Under the pieces are notes generated by a model. The model was not told the origin of the DNA and did no database searches. It worked only from the letters and a program-made list of their open reading frames with translations. From contig OZ316775.1 of the NCBI GenBank assembly GCA_973851085.1, forward strand, positions 20,398,001 through 20,462,000: a stretch of 64,000 nucleotides of DNA, written 5' to 3'. The translations under genes and the position numbers were made by a program. Origin of the DNA: Ptychomitrium polyphyllum. Taxonomy: Eukaryota. Within the stretch, counting starts at the first letter, position 1. Each line of letters opens with the position of its first letter. This document shows positions 11,101-23,165 of the stretch, piece after piece.

Positions 11101-14100
11101 AGCATTGAACATTTTGAATTGATCTTGGCGTATTCCACTCCATGAGAGTGCTTGTTTTCTTCTTATCCATATGAATTCCTCTTTTGGAAATAATGTTTTA
11201 AAAATTCTATTGAGGATTCATGAAAAAGGCACTTCTCCAATTTGGCATATAATCCTCGCTGGCGTAGTTTTTTTAAGACCAGTCGCACATGACATTTGTG
11301 GTTTTATCCATCTTTTGAATATATCAAATTATCATCCAAGCCAATGAGTACAAAATCGTCCAAATGTTCATGGAAGATATCATTCATCATGTATTGAAAG
11401 ATTGCAGGGACATTAATAAGGCCAAAAGACATGACATTATATTCAAAATGACCATACCTAGATCAAAAAGCTATCTTCCATTTGTTTCCTTCTTTGATGC
11501 GTACAAGATTGTAGGCTCCTCAAAGATCAGTTTTGATAAATATCTTTGCTTGGCCAAGTTGTTGTAGGAGTCTTGAGATTAATGGTAATGGATAGCAATT
11601 CTTTTTTGTTACTTCATTGACGCCTCGGTAGTCCGCGCACATACGTAATGATCCATCTTTCTTCTTTACAAATGTAATGGGTGCTCCAACAGGTGATTTA
11701 GAGTGCTAAATGAAACCCTTTCCAAGATTTTCATCAATATATTCTCTCAAGGCAGCCAACTTAGTTTGTGATAAGTTATAAATAGGTCCAAAAGGTGGTT
11801 GGGCTCCTTCTTGCAACTGAATGGTACAATCGTAAGGCCGGTGCTTTGGTAACATGTCCGCATTCTTCTTCTCAAAAATGTCTTCATAATCTTGATATTG
11901 ATGAGGTATGTTTTGATTAGTCTCTATTGTAGAGCTAGACATTGGCGTGGCATAAATGGCATAGATTGGTTCATCCTCTACCGCTCTCATAAATGCCGTA
12001 GCTCTAATAAATGATGGTCCAAGATTTCTCGTACCTTGACATCTTCTCCTTGAGACCACACTCCGTGAGTGCCAGTCAATGTCTGGATTATGTAATCCAA
12101 ACCAAGAAGGCCCAAAACAATAGGATTTGTTTGGCATTGAATGATGTTGAAGACAATCTTCGATGCCTGGTCTCCTAAAACAACCTCCAAGGATTGAGTT
12201 TCTTCAATAACGTTGCCAGACGCAAGAGATCGTCCATCAATAACTTCAACAGGTGTAGGATAACTTTTCTTTACAAGCACCATGTGATGTTTGGTTGCAA
12301 AGTCCTTGTCCATAAAACATGCCGTTGCACCAGTGTCTAAAAGTGCCTCACTAATTATTTCATCATCTAACAATTTAATTTTGATAGGAAATGTAAAATA
12401 AGAAGTAGGGCTTGAAGGTAGTAAGAGACCTTGATTTGATGGTCGTTTCCTTGTGGTGTCTAGTCGCATGGTCCCTACTGTGACTGGACAGCCTCGTTTT
12501 CCAACTCCACCATTGTCCTTTGAGCCGTAAAGGCAGATTCTTTGATTTGGCAATCGCGCACTTCATGTCCTAACTTACCACAACACAAACATAGGTTTTC
12601 TCTTCGACGCCTTTCTTTTTCTTCTGGAGTCAAATGTTTGAACTGAGCAACATCAATGTGCATAGGTTCTGGTCCTTGTGGTTGATTATCCAATATTCTT
12701 GAAGAAGTAGTAGCCATGCTTTGATGTACTGGTCGCCATCCCAAGCGTTGTTCTTGGCGCCTCTCAAATAGTCTATTGTCACATGCTATTGCTTGAGTGA
12801 TGAATTTGTCCAATGTTTCAATTCTTGGCATTGTGAGTAGCAAGTCCTTTACATTCTCTATTAAGCCCCATCGAAATCGTGTGACCAAGGCTTTATCATT
12901 CCAATCAAGGTCGCAAGCTAATTGTCAAAACTCTGCAGCATATGTAGCAACTGAGCGCTGTCTTTGTTGGAGACTCTGGATCCTTGTTTCAGCCACCCTC
13001 TCTCGGTCAGTGTCTCTAAAAGTAGATGTCAATGCTTCTATAAAAGCATCTAAGTTGTTCAATAATGGTGACTGCTTCTCCATTAAGGGTGCAAACCACG
13101 ATAGTGCATTGTTTGATAAAAGAGTGGCTACAAATTCCACTTGAGTTGTGCCATCATGATAGCGAGATTGATGCAAACTAAGGAAGAGCCTTACTTGTTG
13201 AACAAAGCCTCTCAATTTTGATCTTGATCCATCGAACTTGTCTGGCATGCTAATCTTTGGCTCTTCATGGGTTTGACGTAAGCCTTCCCTTCTAATATTG
13301 GCCTCTCGCAATCAAACAACCTCTTGATATAGACTTTGAATATCACCATTGGATTCTTCAACTTGCCGAGTATGTTGCTCCAAATTGTTGGTGGTATTAA
13401 AACGAGCAAGTTCCGTTCGAACTGTATTTAATAATTCTTGAAGGTCTGCAATAGTTGCAAACCTATTTTTCTGATATTCCAGGCACGTTATCCATTTCTT
13501 AAGACTCTCAAAGACAGAAAGACTATGAGTACCTTCAAAGGAGGAAAATCCACGTCCTTTGAAAGAAGTAATACTTAGTTTTAGAAGGAAAAACCAACTC
13601 TATGGTGCCAGCTTAGAAGAGGGTAATCCGCAACCTCTAAGACACTATGGAATCCTAAAGAAGATGGGTAATCCACAATCTTCTTCAAAGAACCTTAGCT
13701 CTGACAGAGATGAAGAGTAGTCTTGCCAAAATGTTAGGGACACAAGAAACAAGAAGCAGAAACGAAGTGTTTCCCAAGAATTAGCTTCCAAAGAGCTAAT
13801 GATTAACAAGAACTTGATACAAAGACTAGAACAAGGCAGGATTCAAGATGATCCACAACTTATGTTAGCAAGATTAAGGAATACCTTATCTTGCGTCCTA
13901 TTTATACTATGACGTTTGTATCTCCTATGATATTTCTAAAGAAGCTTCTTATAAGACTTAAGAATATTCTGGAGGTCTAAAGAACCTTCTCAGGAAGTTT
14001 CCTAAGATGTTGGAACCTTCCTAAGAGTCTCCCAAGGAGTTGGATCCTTCCTTGGAAGTTTTTTAGGGTAGCGGAACCTTCTTAGGAAGTTTCCTAAAGA

Positions 14101-14333
14101 AATAGAACCTTTCTAGGAAGTTTCCTAAGATGATGGAACCATCCTAGGAAGTTACATAAGATAATAGAACCTTCGTAGGAAGTTTTCTAAGATGGAGAAA
14201 CTTTCCTAGGAAGCTTCTTAAGAACATGGAAATACTATGGAGACCTCTAAAAGTATTCTAAGAAGCTATTATAGTATACTAGAAGGTTCTAGAATGTTCT
14301 AAAGACTATGTTGTTTGATCTATGTCCGTAACA
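8126..14333 (-). mobile_element. Element C: same-family chromovirus inserted in inverted orientation into the 3' LTR of B
   Basis: Flanked by the 5-bp duplication CATTC (8121-8125 and 14334-14338). 5' LTR 13732-14333; 3' LTR from 8126 runs into the gap. Internal ORFs mirror those of B (coordinate sum 16429). Confidence 0.88.
8514..8613. other. Assembly gap (100 N)
   Basis: Run of exactly 100 N, typical of an unknown-size scaffold gap. Confidence 0.99.
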
Positions 14334-14338
14334 CATTC

Positions 14339-14847
14339 TAGAACCTTCTAGTATACTATAATAACTTCTTATAATACTTTTAAATGTCTCCATAGCCTTT
14401 CTATGTTTTTAAAAAGCTTCCTCAAAAAGTTCCTCCATCTTATGAAATTTCTCATAAAGATTTTATCATTTTAGGTAACTTCTTAAGAAACTTGCTAAGA
14501 AGATTCCATTACCTTAAGAAACTTCCTAAGAAGGTTCTTCCTCTTTAGGAAACTTCCTAAGAAGGTTCCAAGTCTTTGGAAACTTCTTAGGAAGGTTTCC
14601 TAGACTTCCAAAACATTCTTAGGCCTTGTAAGAAGCTTCTTTAGAAGTACCCTAGGAGATACAACATCATAGTATAAATAGGAGGCAAGACAAGGTATTC
14701 CTTAGTCTTGCCAACACAAGTTGTGGATCATCTTGAACCTTGCCTTGTTCTAGTCTTTGTATCAAGTTTTTATTAATCATTAACTCTTTGGAAGCTAATT
14801 CTTGGAAAACACTTCATTTCTGCTTCTTGTTTTTTGAATTCCTAACA
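14339..14847 (+). repeat. 3' LTR of element B, distal portion
   Basis: Continues the LTR sequence broken at 8125 (..TAGAACATTC|TAGAACCTTCTAG) and ends CCTAACA. Confidence 0.88.
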
Positions 14848-14939
14848 CTTTGTACCTTATCTTAGCTCTATACTTCTAATATACTTGGACTTATCTTGGA
14901 ATCTTGAAGGCTTTTCTTATGATTATTCTGTCCGTGACA
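14848..14939 (+). repeat. Probable distal end of element A 3' LTR
   Basis: Ends TGTCCGTGACA, an LTR-type terminus, right after element B. The TSD of B is imperfect (TTTAG vs CTTTG). Confidence 0.55.
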
Positions 14940-15754
14940 ATAATTAATCTTTGGAAGTATATTTAAATCAATATTTTCTATAGGTGAATTTACATCTTTC
15001 AAATTTCTCCTTCTTTTACTTTTCTTGTTCACCATTCATTACCCCTATTTTCCTTTCGTTTCAATTATGTCTTTAGTTTAAGCATCACATTAGAAGAATT
15101 TCATAGTGAAGATGGCATGTTAGCAAGATTGTCCATAAATGTGCATGTAATTTGTCCATAATATCTATAGGCATGCTCCTTTCATACCATAATTTGCTAA
15201 GACATTATAGAAGATGGAATTTGTAACAAATCTTTAGTCTTAGAAATAATTACAATTTAGCCTCTACTTTCCATACATTATCTTTGCTTCTCTATCCTTT
15301 TTTTAAAATTCCATGCTAAAAGTGAACCATGACTAAACTTGCCATTAGAAAACAAAGCATTTTATTTTGCAACTCAAGTAGGGAATATTCTTAGGCTTCT
15401 AAATTCCAAATACCGTGACTCAATATTTTTAACTCCAAAACTTAGGCATTAAATATTGTTAAGGGCAAAAATCTTCCTTTGAATATTTCCTTACTGATCA
15501 ATTATTATTCATTTAATAATCAACTACACAAAACTTAATAAGATATTGAAGAATTTTTACCATTAAAATTTTTATTAATATCCAATAACTTCTTTTATAT
15601 TTCATCCAAATCACATTTCAAAACAATACAATCAATAAGTATAGAAGAAAAATCTAAAAATAACATTAAAAATCTATTAAGAAAGAAATGTACAAAATAT
15701 TTCAAAATTGTTAACAAATATTAATGCAAAATTGTAAGACCTCTGACTCTTCTT

Positions 15755-15872
15755 TATATATATCACTTTAAATATATAACTGTAAACTTAAATTGTTTTA
15801 CATATATCACTTAATATACATTACTTTAAATATATCACTTTATATATATCACTTTATATATATTACTTAAAA
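15755..15872. repeat. Degenerate TATATATCACTT ~14-bp tandem repeat
   Basis: About six imperfect copies of TATATATCACTTTA. Confidence 0.6.
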
Positions 15873-18800
15873 TTAATTTAAATTGCTATGGCTAGTGTGA
15901 ACTTAATTGCTATTAGTCATTGAGCAATACTCCATATTAATCCTACTCAATTAAAAGGAAGTTACAAATACATCAATGGCTCAATAATTAGACTCAAACA
16001 AATACCTCCATAAGGTATGCTTTGTACAACTCCTATTTACCTTGATATATATTGACTTCTTCAAAATAAATCTTTCTAAGATTATTTTCAAAATGAAATT
16101 GTAAAAGTGTTCCAATAGTGTTTTAATTGTTTGAGTGCTGCAAGTGTTGCAAATGACCTATAGCTTGTAGTTATATACTTAGTTTTAGCCAATATTCACT
16201 TTTAATAAGGATATCTAAACTCCAATTGATTATTCACTTTATAGAACATACTTACCACCTTATCTTCCATTCCATTGCATCATTCACTAGTAATCCTACA
16301 CACTTGCAAAGACATTAGATTTTTTTGTATTAATTTTGCTATAAATTTTTTTGATGAATATTTAAATACTTATTATATTTCCTAATGATATATTGCATAC
16401 ATTCTTCAAAGGATGTCAATAAACATAAAGAAGAAGTTTAAGTGATTTGGTATTCTTTAATGTTTTAAATATTCACATGATTTAAAAATATTTTCATACT
16501 TCATAACTTTTATTGCTATAAATTAGATTTTGTTTATTTAAACATAATATTTGTTTATAAAAAAAAAAGTTCATTATAATAAATTAATCATGATTTTAAT
16601 AACAATCATTAAATAGGATTCTACATTTTAAATCACATAGATTTAAAATCCAATTTTTTCGGATATTTTTTTTAAATCACAATTATTAGTGCAGTTATAG
16701 AATTTTTGTTACTATTGAACCTTATAGTATGCCATACACTTTTGATTTTTAGTATTCATATAATTTGCAATAAGTCTCAAAAAACACTACGATAGACAAA
16801 ATTTTAAGTAAAAAAGATTCAAGATATATGTATGTAAAAAAAGAATGTATGTGTGTTTTCTAACAAATTATTTTTTTACAAATCTTTTAATGAACTCCAA
16901 CCATGTTCATTCAAACTTTCAATTCTTATTGCTACATTCTTTTTATTACTTTTTTTTAATGCTTTGCACAACAATTCTTTACAAATCTAAAGTTCTAAAT
17001 TAGAAAAAAATTGAAGTAAAATATTTATATAAAATTTGAAATTCAAATAAAAGGATTAACAATAAATTAAAAAGTTCAAAAATTTAACAAAAGAACAAAA
17101 GTTCACTAAAATCTTCATATTGAAATTACAAAGTAGGATTATTCAAGCATAATTGTTCAAAAAGTTCTTATAAGAAGTAAACTTGGTATTTTATTTACAG
17201 CCATGTTTATCACCTTGTTATTGCTTTTTATATATATGCTTAGATTCTTACATATAAATTACTAATATAATCATGTTATCAACAAGCATAAAAACAAGCA
17301 TGTAGGATGTTGTAAAAGATTAAGTATTTAATAAATTTCAAGGTGCAATGAAAGTAAGAATGTTTTCACTAAGTTGAATTTTCAAAGATATTTGAAGCAC
17401 CAAATGCATAAAAAGATGCCTCCATTTCAACAAAATTGTGGCTTCAAATTTTGGGCAACACCATTACTAGCTAAATAACATTGCTGCCCAAAAGTTGAAG
17501 TCATTAACTTGTTGGAATTGGAGCGTATCTATGAACTTGACAAACCGAATTTTCTTGGAAAAGCTAAGTTTAGTAAAAAAACCTATGGCATTAGAGGGAT
17601 TCTCATGATGAACCATCAACTCAATCTCCCCACCAGTTTTGTTTTTCCATGTAAGTGATTTGCTTTCACCTTGCTTTAATCCCTCCAAGTCAATTGGAGG
17701 AGATTCAGTTGGACAGATTCAGTTCGCATGGTTATGACGGATAACTTCCTGCTCATCTACCAGTGGAGGAACTTGTCAAGATTGATCTGATGACTGCCGT
17801 ATAGGAATTCAAATTGTACACCTTCAAGTTGCGTGCTACACACAATGTAGCGGCCCAACTTGAGTAAGACACAGAAACAAGGTTGGTGAAGTACAGTAAT
17901 ATCACAAGAGCACACTCCTAAGTCCTACAACTAAACGCCTACATCTGAGTCTGTTTCTACAAAAAAGATAAAATGAAACAGAAAGCAAGCGTGGCCTAGT
18001 CGGGGAAGAACATGCTTGGCAACAGTTATGCGCAGTAAAGAGGCAATGCTTGAGACAGCCCCAAACCAATATCCAGGTTGAAGACTCGTGTAATGAAGCC
18101 GGTTCTAATGGACTTGCAATGGTAGTAACTTACAAACATTGGTTGAGATTGTGCGTAGATTTGTTATTCTAAGGATACACTTTATTCTTTGACTGCATCT
18201 CAAATACCGACACAAACCACCACAGGTTTGTGCACAATGAAGTCACTTAATTATTTGGTAAAATTGTGACCACAGGCCACGGACTCCACTTCTGCAAGAT
18301 AGGAACTACAGTCCAGGTTACAATCATAATCTAGGGCAGTGAATAGCCTATAAACATATAGCATGTGACTCATTGATCACGAACTCATTGCGTACATAAA
18401 GCGGCTGTTGGACCCTGCTATTTGCTTAAAGAGCCACATATTTCCTTCTAATTTAACAGACCAAGAAATAGATGTATCCCCTGAACTCAAAACAGTGATT
18501 TACCATAATTCCATTTAAAGGCAAAGTCCGCTGGTATTACACAAGAGTTCCATGCTTTCAAATACTATGCTCTGCAAACAAAACTCCATCCTTCTCCAGA
18601 ACTGCATTTCTAACCTAAATAGCTACTTGCAAAAATCAACAAACAGAACAACATCATTTCAAAAAACGCGTAATAGGTGATACACACCCATGTTCTCAAG
18701 GAAAACAGTAAACCTCAAAAGTACCATCAACCACATAAATACACCACAATTCAAATATATAAGAATTTCACAATATTATTTCGAACTTCATTTCAATGAT

Positions 18801-18983
18801 CGGAACAGACCTTCACAAAAACATCATAATTATTTAAAAAATCACCTGCCTCAAGAAAGCTGCTCCGCAACTACGCAAAATACACAGAAAAAACTACGAG
18901 TGTAACCTACAATCACCACAGTAAAAGTGCACCTCCATCTCCTCCGACAAAATCAAACACAGAGATTAAAATCCACCATCGCC

Positions 18984-20042
18984 CTACTTCGGGGCCGGGG
19001 TCTTCCTGTTCGGCTCGAACACGAACTTCTTCAGCGACTCCTTGATGCCCAGCATCTCCGGAAACTCCCCCGCCAGCTTCGACGCGTCCATCTCGTTGTT
19101 GCTCCGGGCCGCCACGATCACCTTCGCCTGCTCCTCCACCGTGAAGTTCACCCACGACAGCTCCGGCTCGATGTACTCCTTGTACATCTCCATGATCTCG
19201 TTGTGGCTCACCACGCCCGGGTTCGTGAAGTTCCAGATCCCCGTCAGGTTCCGCTTCGCCATCTCGATCGAGATCGGCAGCAGCTCGTCCAGCACCGTCA
19301 TGCTGTTCGGGATGTTCACGATCTTCTGGTACCGCACGATCTTCGAGATGAAGTTGCGCGGGTTCTGCAGGTCCGACGAGATCGGCATCCGCACGCGCAG
19401 CGTGCACACATTGTCGAACTCCTTCAGCAGATCCTCCACCTGCACTCGCCCCACCCCGCCCCGCAATTAGCCCCCCGACCACCACCGCACACACCACCCG
19501 CTACCACCCCACACCGCACAACCGCCGCCCCCCGCATTGTGCGCCCCTCTCACCATGGCCTTCGTCTTCGAGTAGTACGACCCGGCGAAGTTCGGCGTGT
19601 CCTCCTCCTTGAACCCGACGCCGCTCCCCAGCGGGTGCTTCTCGTCGTACTCGAAGATGCACCCCGTCGCGTAATTCATCAGCACCAGCCCGCTCTCCCG
19701 GCACACGTCCGCCAGCGTCAGCGTGCCCACCACATTGGCGCGGATCGTCTCCACCTTGTGGCTCTCGCACCAGTCCACATTCGGCCGCCCCGTCACCCCC
19801 GCAGCATTGAACACGTGCGTCGGCTTCGCCGCGGCTATGTCCGCCTCCAGCGAGCTCCGGTTCTCCAACCGCCCGGACCCATACTCGTACGCGATCCCCT
19901 GCCCCTCGCACAGCTTCCCCAACAGCCCCCCGATCCACCCAGTGCGCCCGTAGATCAAAAACTTCAATCCGCCGCGCACCTTCGTCCCCGCGCTCTCCAC
20001 CTCCTTCCCCAGAGCTGCCTCGCCATGCCCATTCGCCGCCAT
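18984..20042 (-). CDS. NRS/ER: UDP-4-keto-6-deoxy-glucose 3,5-epimerase/4-reductase (NRS/ER, UER1-like), copy 1; exons 20042-19554 and 19439-18984; 314 aa
   Basis: KFLIYGRTGWIGG, NAAGVTGRPNVDWCESHK, YYSKTKAM/VEDLL, LRVRMPISSDL and RSNNEMDASKL motifs. The 114-nt GT..AG intron joins the exons in frame. Confidence 0.95.
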
Positions 20043-22379
20043 CTCCAACCCCGAGCTCCGCCAACCCAATCCCCACAGCAGCCACCCGCTTCAGATCCCC
20101 ACCTCCGGAGCACCGCACTCGCCGCGCAGGCCTCGCTGGTTCCTGTCACAAGTCCCCGGATGCGATCGAAAGATGAGACGCTAGCTGGGCATCGCAGCCG
20201 CACTATAAATGCCGCAGATCTGAGCGCAGCAACCAGGCTAGGATGACGATTACCGTCGAAGATTAAGAATTGCGGGCGCAGGGCAACAGAACCGACAGCT
20301 AGTGGGCGCACTGGGCAATGATGTCGCTTGCGCTTCTCGACCGCCGCTCCGCCCCTCTGCTATGCGCAGCGCTGCTTTGGGCGAGTGCGAGTATTGTGAT
20401 GTTAGTTACCCAAGTGGCTGCAGATGCACTGATTGACTGTGTCAGAGGGGAACGGAGGAGAGTTGTCCATTCTTTTGAGATACTGTAGGTGGAGCTCGAG
20501 CAGCTTTGTGGTGGTAATTGCATCGCTTTCTGATACCTTCATGTACTTCATGTCGGTTGGAAACCATTTTCTATTGCATTATAGTTTTCTGTGAAGTCCT
20601 CTTTAATGGGGAGAGTTTCGGAAACGCACTGTGGAACTTACCATGAAAAGAAAAAGAAATAGGGTTGTGTTTGAAAGTGTTTATTGATGAACTAATGAGG
20701 AACCTTAGCAATGTGGGGGCATGGTTGAAGAACCTTGAACTTCATATTTTTTAAATGTAGCCAAGTTCCCTTAAACCAATCCTTAATTTGCCCTAGGTGC
20801 CCAAAGCTCCTCCAAATTAGGAGTATTTTAATGTTTTTATCAAAAACTATGAAGAATTATGATTAATATAGATAATACACTTTAATATAGAGAATACACA
20901 CAAGGATAAGGATTTTTATTTATAACTTTGTTGTAGTGTCACTTATTATACAATATTTAAGTTTTTGTGTTTCTAATGAAGAAATTTTACTAGTATTATT
21001 TTGGAAAGAAAAATAAGTGAGTTGAAAATCAAAATTTGGTTTTGAAGTAAAATCTGTCATATTTAAGAATAATGTATTTCATTTTGGCCTTATTCTTGTC
21101 ACAAGCAAAGGACAAATAAGAAATGGATTAAATGCATTATATCTTTTAATAAGTTTATAAAAAAAAATATTGGATTAAATGAATTAATTATGCTTCTGAA
21201 GTTATAAAACCTTTGCTTTAGTAATATAAAAAATTTATAAAATTATATTAATTAGAAGTTCAATCATTTATGATATGTGCATTTAATTTTGATTTTTAAA
21301 ATTATTTTAGCATAAGATTTGTTAATTTCTTAAATAGATAATAATATCATTTGAAAGAAAATTTTAATTTTATTAAACAAGCATTCTTTAGATATTTCAT
21401 CAATGAACTTTTAATATAAGTGTATAATCAATCAACAAATTTCTTTATAATTCACTTGATGTAGACCCTTACAATAATAAGATACATTTTGTATAAATAT
21501 AAATTAGAATTTCTATTGCAACCATTTGAAATTGAAATCATATAGCTTTAATAAAGATACAAATATCAAATATTAAAGAATAATCCATTTGAGCTACTAC
21601 AAAATACATTACTAATATCAATCTTAAAACACCTACATGCCACTTTTAATATTATGCTGTCATCTTTTTCATTATTACTTAATTATTTTATTGCCACAAA
21701 TTTCTTTCCTTCTTTTGCAAAAAATAAAGTCTTTAAATTACTTGGACATGCTTTTCACTACAAATATTAAATTGTTGGATATATTTACTTTCACATAATA
21801 ATAAAAGTACAACATCTTCATAAATAAACATAACAAACAACATAACAATAATTGCATTTCAAAACACAATAATACCAAAACTCCACCACTTTAATAGATT
21901 TATTCCTAATACTCTTATCTTAGCACATTTTTCTTCTTAATTAGCATACAAAAAACCTACTATACCATCAAAATTCAAACCTGAACAAAATATAAAGCCT
22001 TCAAAAATACACATATATTGTATTTATTTTGAAACTACAAAGTTATATATTGATTTTTGAACAACTACATAAATTTTTTATTTTACTCATTAGTTTAAAC
22101 ATAAAATAAGGTTACATACAAGTAGCCCCTTCAACACTTCCCTACACAATAATTAACCAAATTATTACGTTGAATAAACTTATATAAGAGTCATTATAAG
22201 TTTTTGCACATCCATACTTATCATGCAAACAAGATTGCTATGTGATAACTTTAAAATGCTTGATGCATTAAAGCATTGAATAATCAAGGAATAATAGACA
22301 ACTTTTTGGGCAACTAAGGATTTTTGATATCAAAAAGAATCATATAGTAATTTGGAAGTTGACCACACATCTTGTATTC

Positions 22380-23165
22380 CAGCCTTATTGCATAATTTAG
22401 AAGGAGGAGTTGAAATTTGAAGGAATGCAAGTGAATGATGATATGGTGAAGAAAAGGCTTATGAAATAAGAATTGCATATATGTGTCAAAATCAAGAAGC
22501 CATTATTATCAAAGAAGCACAAAGAATGTTGTTTTATTTGGACAAAAGATGTAAGATAATATGAATTTGAAGATTAAATTTATGTTATATAGTCAAATGA
22601 GTCTAAGTATAACATTTTTGCACTTGACAGACGTTGATATAATTAAAAAATATATAAAGAACATACAGTAATTAAAAGTTTGGCACTTGTTGTGAAATAT
22701 GGAGGATGGATAAAGATGTAGAGTTGTATGGATTGATAGGAAATAGGAAACTTGCATCTTATGGAAGGACACATGGATAAATACATGCATTGCACTATTT
22801 TACGAATAAACTTCTAGGAACAATATGTAAATAAGGACTACATGAAATAGATGTTATTTCAACATGATAATGATCTTAAACATACCTTGCATCATATTAG
22901 AGACTAATTGTTTATAAAAAGACTTGAACCTTTTATAACCTTTAGTCCAATCTTCTTACATGAATCCAATTGAACACTCGAGGGATGAAATAGATAATAA
23001 TTTTAGGAATTTTAGAAACAAATTTATAGACAAAATGATCTTTTAGAAGAAAATTCAATTTTTTTGTAAAGAATAAAGGTTAAAATAATAAAAATAATCC
23101 TTTCTTCCATGCCTAAAAGATTGGATTACCTATATTGTGCAAAAGATGGTTACACAAAGTAATAG
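22380..23165 (+). mobile_element. Decayed Tc1-family (DD34E) transposase remnant; 5' boundary approximate
   Basis: Manual translation gives KKPLLSKKHK (22494), VI*SNESKYNIF (~22590), VKYGG, FQHDNDLKHT (22857), QSSYMNPIEH (~22950-22977) and SMPKRL..AKDGYTK (23106-23159), in Tc1 transposase order. TIRs not identified. Confidence 0.85.

Larger units (their letters stand above)
2145..14847 (+). mobile_element. Element B: full-length decayed Ty3/gypsy chromovirus (LTR-gag-PR-RT-RH-INT-CHD-LTR); its 3' LTR is split by element C
   Basis: 5' LTR TG..CA 2145-2697, gag and pol remnants, PPT GGGGAGGTGA 8074-8083, 3' LTR 8084-8125 plus 14339-14847. Confidence 0.92.

Noticed and set aside
15000..16500. 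AT-rich region with hints of a decayed coding sequence on the minus strand (possibly a LINE)
   Set aside because: No ordered set of motifs could be read; it needs a profile search.
17330..17800. Protein-like minus-strand fragment (EGLKQGESKSLTWKNK...)
   Set aside because: No family recognised and flanked by stops. It may be a gene relic but cannot be supported.
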